The notes under the pieces were generated by a model that did not search any database, was not told where the DNA came from, and saw only the letters and a program-made list of their open reading frames with translations. A DNA stretch of 64,000 nucleotides. Origin: Azolla caroliniana. Its lineage: Eukaryota > Plantae > Polypodiophyta. Both the position numbers and the translations under genes were made by a program. Positions 37,081-50,900 of the stretch are shown here, piece after piece (the stretch's first letter is position 1; every line of letters starts with the position of its first letter). The stretch lies in NCBI GenBank assembly GCA_043228905.1, contig JBHGNT010000005.1:23064001-23128000 (forward strand), in the 5' to 3' direction.

Positions 37081-40000
37081 ATTTATTTCTAGAGGTATAT
37101 TTCCATGACTATACTTATCCCATATCTATTTTCATACATGAAAGCTCAAATGAGGGAGATGTTTATCATGCATCACATGCATTTCATGCATTGCATGCAT
37201 GTCTTGTACCCTCACATGCATGGGGCACCTATAAAAAGAGGGGAATCAAGTGAGGGAATCAAGAGAAAGTTAGAAAATAATATAACTAAACAAGCTAGCT
37301 AGCTCATTTGGGAAGTTTATTATCTCTCAACACTTAAGTCGAGGGTTCACGCCGGAATTTGGAAGAGAAAAGGTTCATCTTGCGATCAAGCATTGTAAAG
37401 TTGGTAACATCTTGTATTCTTAATATAAATCATGTTCATATCATATACTTTTGCTTCTAAAATCATACATTATCTCTATCTCTTATCTATGCTCTTCTCT
37501 CTCACACACATTACTTTTAACTCTTCTTCTTCCTATCCTTAATCTTTCTACCATCAACACATAAGCCTTATATAAATTTAGCCAACTCTCTTAAACCTTA
37601 GTCCCTACGACTTCGCCGCACGAACCACAACTACCCCGACATAAATGGTGAACCCTACATGAAGGCAGCGACAAGGAGAAATGGAGGAGCAAATGAGGCT
37701 TATGTGTACGATGATGGAACGAATGTTGTGGGAGCAAGGAATGATGACAAGCATCGATAAAGCTGTCGACAATATTCTTGCACGAGTAGGAATCTTCGAA
37801 GGTATGAATTTAACAAGATTTTTGAAGATTTACAATAAAGAAATGCTTAAACGTGGTGTCGACGAAGCTGCAAAAGTTAATAGCTTCAATCGACTCGTTG
37901 CGATTGGGCTACAAGAAAGGATCCATGAGGTACAAAGGGAGCATCAAACATGGGCGAATTTCAAAAGAGCATTACCGAATGAATACAACCTCAACAATAT
38001 GTCAAGGATGACAAGGCGAGCTTTCATGGACTGAGTAGAGTCTGATAAACATTTAAGTGTTTTGGAAGTGTTAAAAGAATTTTCAAAAAGATTTGAGCAA
38101 TTAAATGTTAGGGATAGAAATATAATAGTGTCAAATAAAATAATATTGTTTCTACAAGCCACTATATTAAAGACAAGAAGGGCTTGGGAATGCTTCTAGA
38201 AGATTAGAATAGTCCAAGTGGACTTACGGAAGACTGGGAGGAGGTGAAAAGGGCGTGTGCCCATTTCTGTAAAAGAAAGTTATTGTTTATGGAGCTACTT
38301 GAGAGGAAGGGAGACGAAACGGGGAACAACTCGAGGAAAAAGAAAGTAGAAGAGTCACTCTTACATGAATTGGTGAATGGCATGAAAGAATTGTCTATCA
38401 AAGTGACAAAGCTCAACTTCATCAAGGAAAGGAGGTGGAATGGTTTGAACGTGTGTGTGGTGTGACAGTATCGACCATCAGAAGAAAGATTGTAAAGAAC
38501 ATAGGGAAGGTCTTAAACATGATAAAGTTTAATATCAAGATGACAAGATTCACTCGACAGGGACTCGACAACCACTTCAACTCAACTTCGGGTGAGGTGG
38601 AATGAAAAAGCTTATGGAAGATGCCCAGACAGAAACAACTCAAGCGATATAATCCGTGGCAACATTATTGTTGTGCGTAGAAGACTCATATGGTGGATAT
38701 GGCGCTTTTGACAAAATGTGATGGAGTATGCAAGAAAAGGGAAGGTTCGAGTGGATGATTCAAAAGAGCAGGAGATGAAATATGAAACTTCACTTGATGG
38801 AATGATCCAGTAGACATACTATCAGCATTCGCCCAAGTGAATGCACAAGAGGTACTAGTCGAAGAGAAGTGAGAGAGCTGAGGAGGTTGATCCAGCAAAG
38901 AAACATGAGACACGAGAACAAAAGAGAAGAGAGATGGAAAAGGGTGCTCCTGAGTTGAAGGAAGCTGATAAAGTAAAAGGGCAATCAGGCCCATCTTCCA
39001 AGCTTACTTCGGACATAGAAGCAGCAATGGATATAAAATAGGTACTAGAAACAAGAATATTAAATAGTAAGGTAGAATTTACTTTAAGAGAAGTGTTGGG
39101 TATAGCAAAGAAAGAATGTCATGAAGTTATCATAGATATTATTATAAGAAAGAGACAGGTGACAAAGGAAATTACGAGAGGGTGTGCAACAACACTCCAA
39201 GATTTGTATGGTGGCACCATCAATGCTGCAAGTGTAAAAAACAGAAATGATGTTAGGGTTCATGAAGGGGATAGAAGTCACTATACAAGGGACCATTGGG
39301 CTAGCGCAACAACGGAGGCGCCTACAAAAATTGGGGAGCAACAAATTCCATGTATTGCTTTGATCGATCATGGATGAAAGATTAACATGATGTCGTCGGA
39401 ATTTTATGCTCAAGGATGGTGGCCGATCGACAAGAATCATGGGTGGAAGATAAGAGCTACCACAGAGACTACAGAGGATCTATTCGGAGCATGCCTCAAT
39501 GTGAAGGTAACAATTGGAGATGTGTCGGTGAATCAAAATTTCTTTGTGCAAGATCAATCAACCTACCCCATCATCCTTGGTCAACCATACATCACCGCAA
39601 TAAGGATGGAAACAAAGGTGATTGATGATGGTTCGGCTTTTGCAAGGATTAAGAGTCAAGATGGAAGGAAGACTTTCCAATTCTTAACCGTGAGGCCTAA
39701 ACACAGAAGAAATAAAGAATGCTTGAGGGAACATCCAATTCGGGAGGTGATGAGGAATTTTCCCAAGATTTTTAGATAGGACTTTTATAGGTAGGGGTTG
39801 TGATAGCCCGGACATGAAAGAAAACCCATAAATAATAATGTAAATAAAGATATTCCTTGTACAATCTCATGTAGTGGTGCTACTTTAATACTAAAAGTAG
39901 ATAATAATAAAATACAAAATGCTTCTGAGTACTTTAAGTGTTCTGGATTAATAGATGATGATGAAGAAATTCAGAATATGTTTGATGAATTAATTTTTGA

Positions 40001-40834
40001 AGATACAATAACTCATTTGGAAGCAATAGAGGACGACAATGAAATCCAAGTTCCTATCCATTCGATCAAGATGTACAAGGTCATTGAAGAAGTTGCTCGA
40101 AAGGATCATGAGGCACATATCCTAACAAAGTACAAGACAGTGGAGAAGAAGGTTCGTCCTATTGTTGCTCCACTTCCAAAGGATAGTGAAAGGACAATCA
40201 AAGAAGCAGCCATAGAGCTAGTGATCAAAGACCTAGGAAAGGTGGGACATGTGTTTACTTCAGAAACAATACAAGGGTTGAAAATAGGAGGGGGTGACTT
40301 CCTATTGCCAACTAAAGAAAAGCAATTCAAGGAGATGTTAAAAAGGCATGGAAAGACGTTCGCATTCCAACCTGAGGAAATAGGGTGTGTGGATCCAGAA
40401 ATAGTAGAGCCCATGGTTATATTTACTATCCCTCATATTCCATGGAATTTTAAGCCACTACCCATGCCTAGGGCTAGAATCCCTCAACTATTAGAACTTC
40501 TAAAAGAAAAGATAAGGATGGGTATCTTGGAACCATCAAATTCTCCTTATTCAAGTCGATGGTTCACTGTGTTAAAGAAAGATGGGCGACTCCGATTTAT
40601 CCAAGATATGTAACCCGTGAATAAGGTAACAATCTGAAACTCGGGAGTAGGGCCAATTCTGGATGAGTTTACTAAGATGTTTCCAGGAAGAGCTATATAT
40701 TCAATTGGAGACCTTTATTCCAGGTATGATCAATTTCAACTTGCTATCAAAAGTCGAGATATTACTTCTATCAAGACACATATAGGGTTAGTACAGATGT
40801 GTACCTTGCCGCAAGGAGCGACCAACTTAGGGGC

Positions 40835-43800
40835 TGAAAAGAATTGCGTGCGGAAGCAATATAGAAAACTGAACAACAGAAAACGCAGGTTTAATGGAGA
40901 GCTTAGGTTTGCACAGTACGCATGGGAGAGACAAAGAGAGTAAACATAGAACTTAATTCAAAAAACTCATACTCAAGTTGTACATAGGATGTGCTCAGTG
41001 AGCACTTTTATACAAGCCTTGACAATCAGGCTGACACAAGTACTGACAATACTTGACTGCTCATAAATGAGCCTCGACTCTTACTCCCAAAATTATTCCT
41101 TACGAGGAATATCTTTCTAACGGCCTTTCGGTTTACGCACCGATACGGCCTTCCTACGCACAGGTTTGCGTACCGGGTTACGCATCCGTTTTACGCACCG
41201 GTCCAGCCTAACCGATCGGTCCCAACCGATCCGGTCCTCGTCTTGCTCAGCCGATCCGGCCGATGTTGAGCTTGTCTCTCAACACTCCACCTCAAGCTCA
41301 ACTTGAGGCTCTTCGAGATCTTCCGGAACACCGCTCCGGTTCCTCCTGGCTCCACACCTCGCTCGCGCTCCTCAGCCTTTTTGACTCCGTGCGCTTCGAC
41401 CCTTCCGATCAGTACGACCCTTCATAGCTCCCTTGTTGTCGCGGTGTTGGCGCTTCTCCTGCTGCCTTCTTTTCCGCTTGGCCCTCGGTTGATTCAGTGT
41501 ATCCGAATCAAACACTCGAACCGACTCGGCTACCTCCGATTGGTTTTCGCTCTCGTCCAAGTTGGTTGTCTCCAACTCGTCTTCAGTCTTCTCGCCCTTG
41601 ACGGCATCATCTCCCCCATGCTTGGTTGGCTTTGGCTCTTTCTTTCGGTTGCTCCCCTTATGTCCGCTTTCGGACTCTTCCGCGGATCCACCCTCGGCTT
41701 CTTCAGCCGATCCGAAATCAAATTCGTCATCCGTCTCGGCGTCGCAGTCTTCTCCGCTCCTTTCCTGCTTCCTTCCATGGTCATTCGGGATGTCTCTCCC
41801 CCTCAAGTTTGGCACGTCGAGGTGATGCAATCCAAGCGCACCCAAGAATTGCCGCAACTTGTCCAGACCAAGAGGCTTGGTGAAGATGTCGGCGGTCTAC
41901 CGATCCGTCGGAACATACTGAAGTTCGACTTCACAAGAAAGGACACGCTCACGGACAAAATGTTAGTGCACCTCAATGTGCTTGGTTCGTGGGTAGAAGA
42001 CGGGGTTCTTCCCAAGTTGGATGCTGCTGAGGTTCTCGCAGTAGATCGTCGTCGGATCGGACACCCCCACCTGCAAATCCTTAAGTAGCCGCTTCAACCA
42101 TAGGGTTTCGCATGTCACGACAGCCGCTCCTCTATACTCGGCTTTGGTGCTCGACAGCGCAACTGTCGGCTGCTTCTTGCTACTCCACGCTATCGCGGCA
42201 CTCCAAAGAGAGAATGCGTATCCGGACGTGGATCGGCGATCGGCGACGTTGCCGGCCCAGTCAGCATCGGTGTTGCCGACCAACTGTGGGGTTGTACCGG
42301 TCCGATATAGTAGTCCCTGGTCCGTAGTGCCGCTTACGTACCACAGTACGCGTTGCGCACACTGAAGGTGCTCCTCAGTAGGTCGCGCCATGAACTGACT
42401 GATCACCCCGACCGGATAACTGAGATCGGGTCGGGTGATGGTCAAGTATATGAGGTTGCCGACTATCTGTCGGAACCTCGTCGGGTCGCATACCTTGCCA
42501 GACTCAGGGCGAAGCTTGACGGTTCTATCTAGAGGAGTCGAGACGGACTTACAGTCTGCCATCCCGAATTTGAAGAGCATATTCAGCGCGTAATGACGAT
42601 GGCTAATCAATATGCCTTTGGGGGTGCGGATCACTTCGATCCCGAGAAAGTATTGAAGGTCCCCCAGATCCTTCATGTCAAACGATGCCGCAAGCTGGAG
42701 CTTCACGCGGTTGATTTCACCTAGATCGGCGTCGGTGATGACCAAGTCATCAACATAGAGTAAAATACTCACTGGCCCAAGTCGACCTTTCCGAACGAAC
42801 AGTGAGGAGTCCGATTTTGACGTCGCAAAGCCCATCCGACGCAGTCGATGCGTGATCTTCGCGTTCCAGGCACACGGGGCTTACTTCAGTCCGTAAAGGG
42901 ACTTTTTCAATCGGCACACTACCGAAGTGTTTGTTCCGTAGTGAAATCTGGGGGTTGTACCATGTACACCTGTTCCTCAAGCTCACCTTGCAGGAACGCA
43001 TTCTTTACATCCATCTGATGTAAGTGCCATCCCTTTGCCGCAGCTACCGCGAGCAAAACACGGACGGTCGTCATCTTCGCGACCGGCACAAATGTCTCAT
43101 CGTAGTCGATGCCGTATTTCTGCGCGTAGCCTTTCGCTACTAACTGAGCCTTGTATCGGTTGACCAAGCCGTCGGTGTTGTACTTGACCTTGTACACCTA
43201 CCTACATCCGATCGGCTTCAGACCCTTCGGTGTGTCAACCAGGTCCCAAGTCTCGTTTTCCGCTAGTGCATGCATCTCTTCCTCCATTGCAACGCGCCAA
43301 TTCACATCCTGAACCGCTTCTGCGTAGCTCTCCTGCTCACTCACTTCCGCTACACGGGTCATGTACGCATAATGATGCGCCATGTACTCGTTGTATCCGA
43401 ACCGCACAACTAGGTTCTTCTGGTTGGTAGATCGGCGTAATCGGTCATTAGCCGATGTCAAGATTTTCTCGGCCGACGCAGACTTCGCTCTTGAAGGTCC
43501 GTCACCGCTTTCCTCGGAATCGGACTCACATCGGTCTGACTCGTTCCTATCCGTGCCGGAATCCGACACCTTCTTCTTCCCTTTCTCTTTGCGCGTAAGC
43601 CGTCTCCTCGGCTTCCTGCGCGGGGAATGCACAGCCGAGTCTCCACTACTCGTAGGCTCTTCATCGGACTGGTCGTGCCGACTCAGTCATTAGTTCGGTT
43701 CACTTAACCGAACCAAAATCGGACTCTCTTCCCGGGTCCCGATTTCCGGCTCATCCGGAGGCATCTTGGCCTTGCTGACCTCATCGTCAGAACTCAGATT

Positions 43801-46629
43801 GGAGGTGAGGTCCGGAGTTGGAGGCAAGTACCAGGACGGGGACTCATCAAACACAATGTCGCGGCTCACGCGCGCTTGTTTGGTACGCGGGTTATAGCAC
43901 TTATAACCCTTCTGCTCATCCGAATAGCCGACCAAGATACACTTCTCGGCTTTAGCGTCCAACTTCCTCCTTTTCTCCTTCGGCACATGCACATACGCAT
44001 TGCTACCGAAAACTCGTAGGTGTCGCAAGTTCGGCTTCGTTCCGAAATATAGCTCATGCGCCGACACTTTATCTCCGATCCGATTCTGGATGTATACAGC
44101 GCGGTCCTTACCGCCTCGGCCCAATAGAACTTGGGCAAGCTCTTCTCTTCCAGCATTGCCCGTGCCACTTCCACAACCGACCGATTTTTCCTCTTGGCCA
44201 CGCCGTTTTGCTCCGGCATGTATCTACAACTGAATTCGCGCCGAATTCCCATCTATTGTAGATAAGCGTTGAAATGACCGGAAAAGTATTCTTTTCCACC
44301 ATCCGACCGCAGGCACTTGATCTTTCTTCCTGTTTCCGTTTCCACAAACCCTTTGAGGTCCCGGAAACAATCGAAAACTTCGCTCTTCCTCTCGATGAGG
44401 TAGATCCATGTGTGCCACGTATAGTCGTCGATGAAGGAGACGAAATATCGGCTCCCGCCAAGACTAACGTTTTGTGTCGGCCCCCACACATCGGAGTGTA
44501 TCAAGTCGAGCTTGTTCCGGCTCCGGTTACGCTCGTTGGGGAAGGGAAGTCGGTGTTGCTTCCCAAGCTGGCAGGCTTCACAAATTTGTGTCTTCCGGCC
44601 ATTAAATTTGGGCAATCCAAACACCACTTGTTTCGATTGCAAGTCTTGGAGCCGCTGGTAGTTGACGTGGCCTATCCGCTTGTGCCATAAGTCGATGTAC
44701 GACTCGACTTTTTGTCCCTTCGCGAACATTGCGGTGCCACCGTCAGTAGAGTCGAGGATGAACATCCTCCCATATCTGCGCCCTTGCGCAATAATACGGC
44801 CTTCTTCCTCAATGAAGCACCCGAGGTGTGTAAACCGAACCTACATCCCCTGGTCGACGATCTGCCCGACCGACACCAGATTCTTCGTGATGGTCGGGAC
44901 GTGTAACATGTTCATAAGTTTCCCTTTCTACCTGACATGGCTCAAGGGAACTTCATCGACATTCGCAATCAGATGCGGAGTGTCGTCTCCGGTTGCGACT
45001 ACTCCTGGTTGCGTCGGTTTCTCAAGGTATGAGAACCACTCCTCGTGGCACGTCATGTGGTTTGACGCGCCGGAGTCGACGTACCACACCTCGTCCGATT
45101 TCGGGGTGGACTGCTTCATTGAGTTTGCTTCGTGTCTCGTCACGAAGACTGACCCTTTTCCGGCTTCTCCGGATCCTTCGGCGTAGTGCGATCGTTGCCG
45201 GTTTCCTTTGTCGGTATGTCTGGAACTAGATCCGAAACCGGTCCTCTCTGACCCGGCGCGCTTTTTCTAGCACTCGATTTCCCTATGGCCTTTCTTGCCA
45301 CAATACCAGCACTCCGCGGCAAATTTCCTTTGCCGGTTCTCGTCGCCTCGACTCACCCTGTTTCCAGAGGGTCCGGAGTTGCTGTCAGCATCACTTCGGT
45401 GCCTTCTTCCTTGATCCCGTCGGTCGCCTCCATTGCGTACCGACTCGCCTCGTCCGCCACAACCACGGGGCCTATCTCCCTCTGCGTACAACATCTTGTT
45501 GTCGGTGTGCGTGCTCGTTGACGCACCCGCGTGGTTCTCCTCTACCAGGAGCATCGACTGTAAGTCGAAAAAGGACGGCGTATTCTCCAGGGTACACACA
45601 GCAGTTCGGAACGCACCGAACTTTGATGCCAAACCCCCGAGACAGACCTGGACCATCTCGCTTTCCTCAATGTTCACATCGATGGAAGCTAAGGAGTCAC
45701 ATATGTCCTTAATCCTCGAGGTATAGTCAGCCACCGACAAATCGCGTTGCCGTAGGTTGCTCAACTCCTGTCGGAGCTGAAGCTTCTTGGCTGTGGTGCT
45801 CGCAGCGAAAATCTTCTTCAGATTTTCTCACGCACCCTTCGGCATTTTTGCATCCCGAACATAGCTTAACAGTTGTTCGCCCACACAATACGCGAAACAG
45901 TACAACACTCTGCTCGCCGATTGTTCCCACGCCGGGAAGTCTTTGTGTGTCAAATCGGGTGCTGTGTCATTTGCTCCATCGACATAGCTCCAATAACCGT
46001 GTCCGAGCAGGTACTGGTGCATCTTGTAGGACCAAGATGCGTAGTTGGTTCTGTCGAGCTTCTCTGTTGAAAGCGAGCGAGCCATTCCTCTGTCCATCGG
46101 TTTTCTTGTTCTTCTTCATTGGTTTTCCCTTCAAGCAAAGTCGGCTACAGAGGTTCTCAACCCTCGCGCTCTGATACCATGAAGAGAATTGCGTGTGGAA
46201 GCAATATAGAAAACTGAACAACAGAAAACGCAGGTTTAATGGAGAGCTTAGGTTTGCACAGTACACACGGGAGAGACAGAGAGAGTAAACATAGAACTTA
46301 ATTCAAAAAACTAATACTCAAGTTGTACATAGGATGTGCTCAGTGAACACTTTCATACAAGCCCTGACAATCAGGCTGACACAAGTATTGACAATACTTG
46401 ACTGCTCATAAATGAGCCTCGACTCTTACTCCCAAAATTATTCCTTACGAGGAATATCTTTCTAACGGCCTTTCGGTTTACGCACCAATACGACCTTCCT
46501 ACGCACCAGTTTGCGTACCGGTTTACGCATCTGTTTTACGCACCGGTCCAACCTAACCGATCGGTTCCAACCGATCCGGTCCTCGTCTTGCTCAGCCGAT
46601 CCTGCCGATGTTGAGCTTGTCTCTCAACA
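40835..46629 (-). mobile_element. Full-length degenerate Copia element
   Basis: 450-bp LTRs at 40835-41284 and 46180-46629, TSD GGGGC/GGGGT, Met-i PBS TGGTATCAGAGC at 46168-46179. Gag-PR-IN-RT-RH run 46097 to 41372 with stops and frameshifts. Confidence 0.95.
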
Positions 46630-46959
46630 GGGGTGCATATGATGAATGGAATGAACAAGGGTACTTCATGATTTTATTCCTGACATTACAATGCCTTTTT
46701 TAGATGATGTTCCGATTAAGGGATGCAAGGAGGAAGAGAAGAATGAAGAACTAGACGAAAGTGGTTGTCGACAATTCGTGGTCGAGCATATCAAGGATTG
46801 TGAGAACTTAGAAGATACTATCAAGGATGGAAGAAGTGCATTTGACCTTATCAGGGGCGAAGTGTCACGGACGTAGACGAGGGCAAGGACAAGTAGGTGA
46901 GCTCAATATTAAGAAAGAGAGAAAGATAGATATATAGATAGAGAGGAGCATAGACAAGT

Positions 46960-47010
<51 letters not shown>

Positions 47011-47177
47011 GACAAAAGAGCGAGAACTAAATTATATGCTTCCATAACTGGTGTTGTTCACCTTGATTGTAATCAAGGTGCACCGAAGTATTTATACAAG
47101 AATGTGGTGGTATGCATGTAAGCTAGGAAACATCTAGAGAATGCATGGAAACTTCATGCATGGCTATGCATTCTCTA

Positions 47178-47195
47178 GAAGTTTCTTGAAAGTTC
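47178..47195. promoter_or_regulatory. Heat shock element (4 units); identical copy at 61568-61585
   Basis: GAAgtTTCttGAAagTTC. Confidence 0.7.
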
Positions 47196-47252
47196 TAGTG
47201 ATTAACTTACAATGTAATAAGTTGAAACTTATACAATACAATAATGCATAGA

Positions 47253-47323
47253 TGGAATGTAGCTAAATTGGTAAGGTTGCCCAATAAGACCAAGAGGTCA
47301 TGGGTTCAACCCCCTACATTCCA
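47253..47323 (+). ncRNA. tRNA-like cassette in the 3' LTR U3, antisense to the element
   Basis: Acceptor-like stem TGGAATG/CATTCCA, A box TAGCT(A)AATTGG, loop ccAATaa, B box GGTTCAACCCC; 71 nt. Confidence 0.72.
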
Positions 47324-47932
47324 TCGTGTCTATGACATTATCCTCCCGGGACTCGGGGCTGGCTTATGTGGGTATCGTTGATGAAAATCGCGAATGACCT
47401 CCAGAGCGTTTTGTAAATGTGTAATTGGTTCCCATGTGGCATCCGAAATGGGGTACCCTTTCAATAAGACCAAATATTGGAGTTGTCGACGACGATATCG
47501 AGAGTCTAGGATTTGCTCAACCTCATATTCTTCGCCCGTCGACAATTCCACAAGTGGCGGTGGAGGAGGGTGTCGTCCTGGAATTCAAGAAGGATGGTAG
47601 AGTTCGAGGAGGGAAACATGAAAAACATCGTGAATCCTGAATGTTGCAGGAAGTGCTAACCGGAAGGCGACTGGGTTGATCTGCTCGATGATACGAAAGG
47701 GGCCTAGTCTTTTGTAGTCCAATTTTACACAAGGACGTGTGGTGGCGATGTGACGGCGTAACAGCCAAACCATGTTGCGGGGCTTCAAGCCACATTCGGA
47801 GAGACAGATCGGCGATGAACGGCACTCACGAAACTCTATTCCTTACAACAAGACTCTCGTTCAGCTTCCGTTTATGTTTCAGAGTTTCATTAGATCGCGT
47901 GCGATGTCAGCTGGGATGAGCAAGCTTTATGC

Positions 47933-50900
47933 TGTTGGGATTTTCGGTCCCTCCGGATGGGATGTCCGGAGATGAATGACGGCAGGCCTGGTTGCGGTTA
48001 CGGAACCGGAGGATGAAGAGTACCCGGTTACGGAGCCGGATGATGAAGACCCCGGCTACGGAGCCGGATGACGAAGACCCCGGCTACGGAGCCGGATGAC
48101 GAAGACCCGGCTACGGAGCCGGATGATGAAGACCCCGGTTACGGAGCCGGATGACGAAGTACCCGGAGAGAGATCCGGATGCGGAGACTATATTTGTAAA
48201 TAGCCCGAAAGTCATATGTGTATAAATATGACTTAGGGCAAACAGTTTAGTCGTTGTTGTTGCTCATTTTCTGTTTTCACTTAGAGAGAGTGAAGAGAGC
48301 AGCCGAGAGAGAGAGAGAGAGAGAGAGACGAAGAGGTCGTTGCCTCTGTGTATTACCGCCGCCTGTGGCGAAGACAGTGAGCTCAAGGTTGTTGCCTTGA
48401 AGCTTCACCATTGTACATCTCTGTTCATAGTGATAGTTGGAGTTTGAAGACTCCCGTGGTTTTTTTCCCATTTAGGGTTTTCCACGTAAAATATCCTGTG
48501 TACTCTTCTCTCTATTGTCTCCGTGTACTTTGTATTTCCTATTTTCTGTGAGTTGATCCTATTCCTCGGTTGTGGCCGAGCACCGTGTGCAACAAGTGGT
48601 ATCAGAGCGACGGCAGTGCAGAAAATGGAAGGCGGCAGCAGCGGGCAGCCGGGGATGATGGTGCTGAATGCGCAGAACTACGCCGACTGGAAGATAAAGA
48701 TGGAGGACCTGCTCATTGTTCGGGACCTGTATGAACCGATCGACAGGTCGGAAATACCCAAGGGGGTACTTGAGACGGAATGTAGGCTTCTGAACCGGAA
48801 AGCCGTTGCAACCATTCGGCAATACGTCGACGTGAGCGTTCTACAACATGTGGCGAACGACACCAACGCATATGAGATGTGGCGGAAGCTGTCGGGCCTC
48901 TACGAGAGGAAGAATGCGTTGAACCGGACCTCCCTGATGAGGAAGATAGTGAACCTCAAGTACCAGGATGGCGAGAGTATGGTGGAACACGTAAGCACGT
49001 TCATGGGATTCGTGAACCAGCTTGCGGCGATCAAATTCCCGTTGGAGGATGCAATGCAAGCCATCATCCTGATGTGTACATTGCCGGAAAGCTGGGAGAA
49101 CTTGGTGGTGACTCTCAGCACCTCCTGCACCGAAGATAACTTGTCCCTACAAACGGTAAAGACAAGTATTTTGAACGAAGAAGCGCGTCGGAGAGATAAA
49201 GAACCGGCCTCCGATCCGAAGATGCTGCTTACCGAATTGGATCGGGGAAGACAACGGAACCGGAGCCCGCAAAGACGGGAGAAGTCGGGGACCCGGTCGC
49301 AGTCAAGAGGAAGGCCCACATGCTTCCACTGTGGGAAGCCGGGGCACTTCCGGAAGAATTGTCGGCATTACCGAAAAGACAACGGAGCCGACGACACTGA
49401 TTCGAAGAAGTCACCGGAGCGAAACGGTGCATACCGGGGAGCCACGGACCGGAGAGGTCCGGATCGGTGAGGGCAGGACCGGAAAGGAACGACGGCACTC
49501 GCGGCAAGTGAAGAAGAGATAATGCTCATTACCGAAGAGAGGGAGCTGAACCTTGCCGGTGAAGAGATGACCTGGGTGGTCGATTCCGGAGCGTCGTTCC
49601 ACCTGACCCCGGAGAAGAAATACTTCTCATCCTACACAGCCGGTGAGCATGGCTGTGTCCGGATGGGAAATGAAGGTACATGTCGGATTGCCGGCATAGG
49701 AGACGTGTGGCTGATGACATCAACCGGATGCAAAATGTTGCTGAAGGATGTCCGACACGTTCCGGAGGTTCGATTGAACCTGATTTCGGCCGGGAGGCTA
49801 GACGATGAAGGCTACACGGGTAGCATCCGGAACGGTGTCATGAAGTTCAGCAAAGGGAGCCTGATAGTGGCTCGGGCCCGGAAGGTCAACACACTGTACC
49901 TGATGAATTCCCGGCTATGTCCGGAGGAGCTGAACGTGGCAGCCGATACTGCCGGTGAGCTGTGGCACAAGAGACTGTGCCACATGAGTGAGAAGGGGAT
50001 GAAGAGGCTTGCAGAAGACAACCTTATTCCAGTGAAGCACGTGCACCTGGAGAAGTGCACCGATTGCCTGGCCGGTAAGCAAAACCGGACCTCCTTCCGC
50101 TCAAGGCCACCGACGAGACGTAGCGCACCATTGGAGTTGGTGCACACTGACGTGTGCCAAGTAGAAACGAAGTCACATGGCGGAGCCCAGTACTTCGTGA
50201 CATTCATTGATGACCACAGTCGGAAGCTGTGGACGGCACCGCTGAAGACAAAGGACCAAGTGTTGTGCGTCTTCAAAGAACTCCACGCGAGAGTGGAAAG
50301 GGAATCCGGCTCGAGTTTACTGTGCCGAAGACGCCGGAACTAAACGGGCTGGCCGAGAGGATGAACCGGACCATAATGGAGAGGGTCCGGAGTATGCTGG
50401 CGCATGCGAAATTACCCAAGGGGTTTTGGGCTGAGGCAATGTCGACGGCGACATACGTGATAAACAGATCACCCTCAGTACCTTTGGACGGAGACACGCC
50501 GCAAAAAGTGTGGACCGGTAAGGAAGTGTCCTACCGGCATCTGAAGGTGTTCGGGTGTCTCGCATACGTGCATGTGGCAAAGGACCGGAGAGGAAAGTTA
50601 GATCCAAAGACCCGGCCATGCATATTCCTCGGTTACGGCGACGACGAGTTCGGCTACCGAGTATGGGACCCGGTCGACAAGAAGATATTCAGGAGTCGAG
50701 ATATCATCTTCATGGAGGACAAGACACTCGCCGACTGGGAGTCGGAGAAGAAGATGAAGAGCTCCAAGTCGACCGGTGAGGATCAACTCTACGAAGAGCA
50801 GTCCCGACCGGAAAGGGACCGGTTAGCACTCGAGGATCCGGCCAAAGACGGTGAAGAAACAGAACCGGCCGAGGAAGATGAAACTGATACCGGAACCGGC

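Noticed and set aside
41303-42088. 261-aa hydrophobic plus-strand ORF as an env-like or membrane protein
   Set aside because: It has a non-ATG start and is the antisense shadow of purine-rich Copia coding sequence; its hydrophobicity follows from base composition.
47253-47323. Calling the LTR cassettes functional tRNA genes
   Set aside because: The anticodon and D stems do not pair properly and there is no clear oligo-T terminator, so they are reported only as tRNA-like.
47995-48165. 28-bp repeats as a CRISPR-like array
   Set aside because: They are head-to-tail repeats without unique spacers, inside a eukaryotic LTR.
50229-50343. Programmed frameshift between the overlapping Copia ORFs
   Set aside because: Explained by an 85-bp microhomology deletion relative to the intact sister element.
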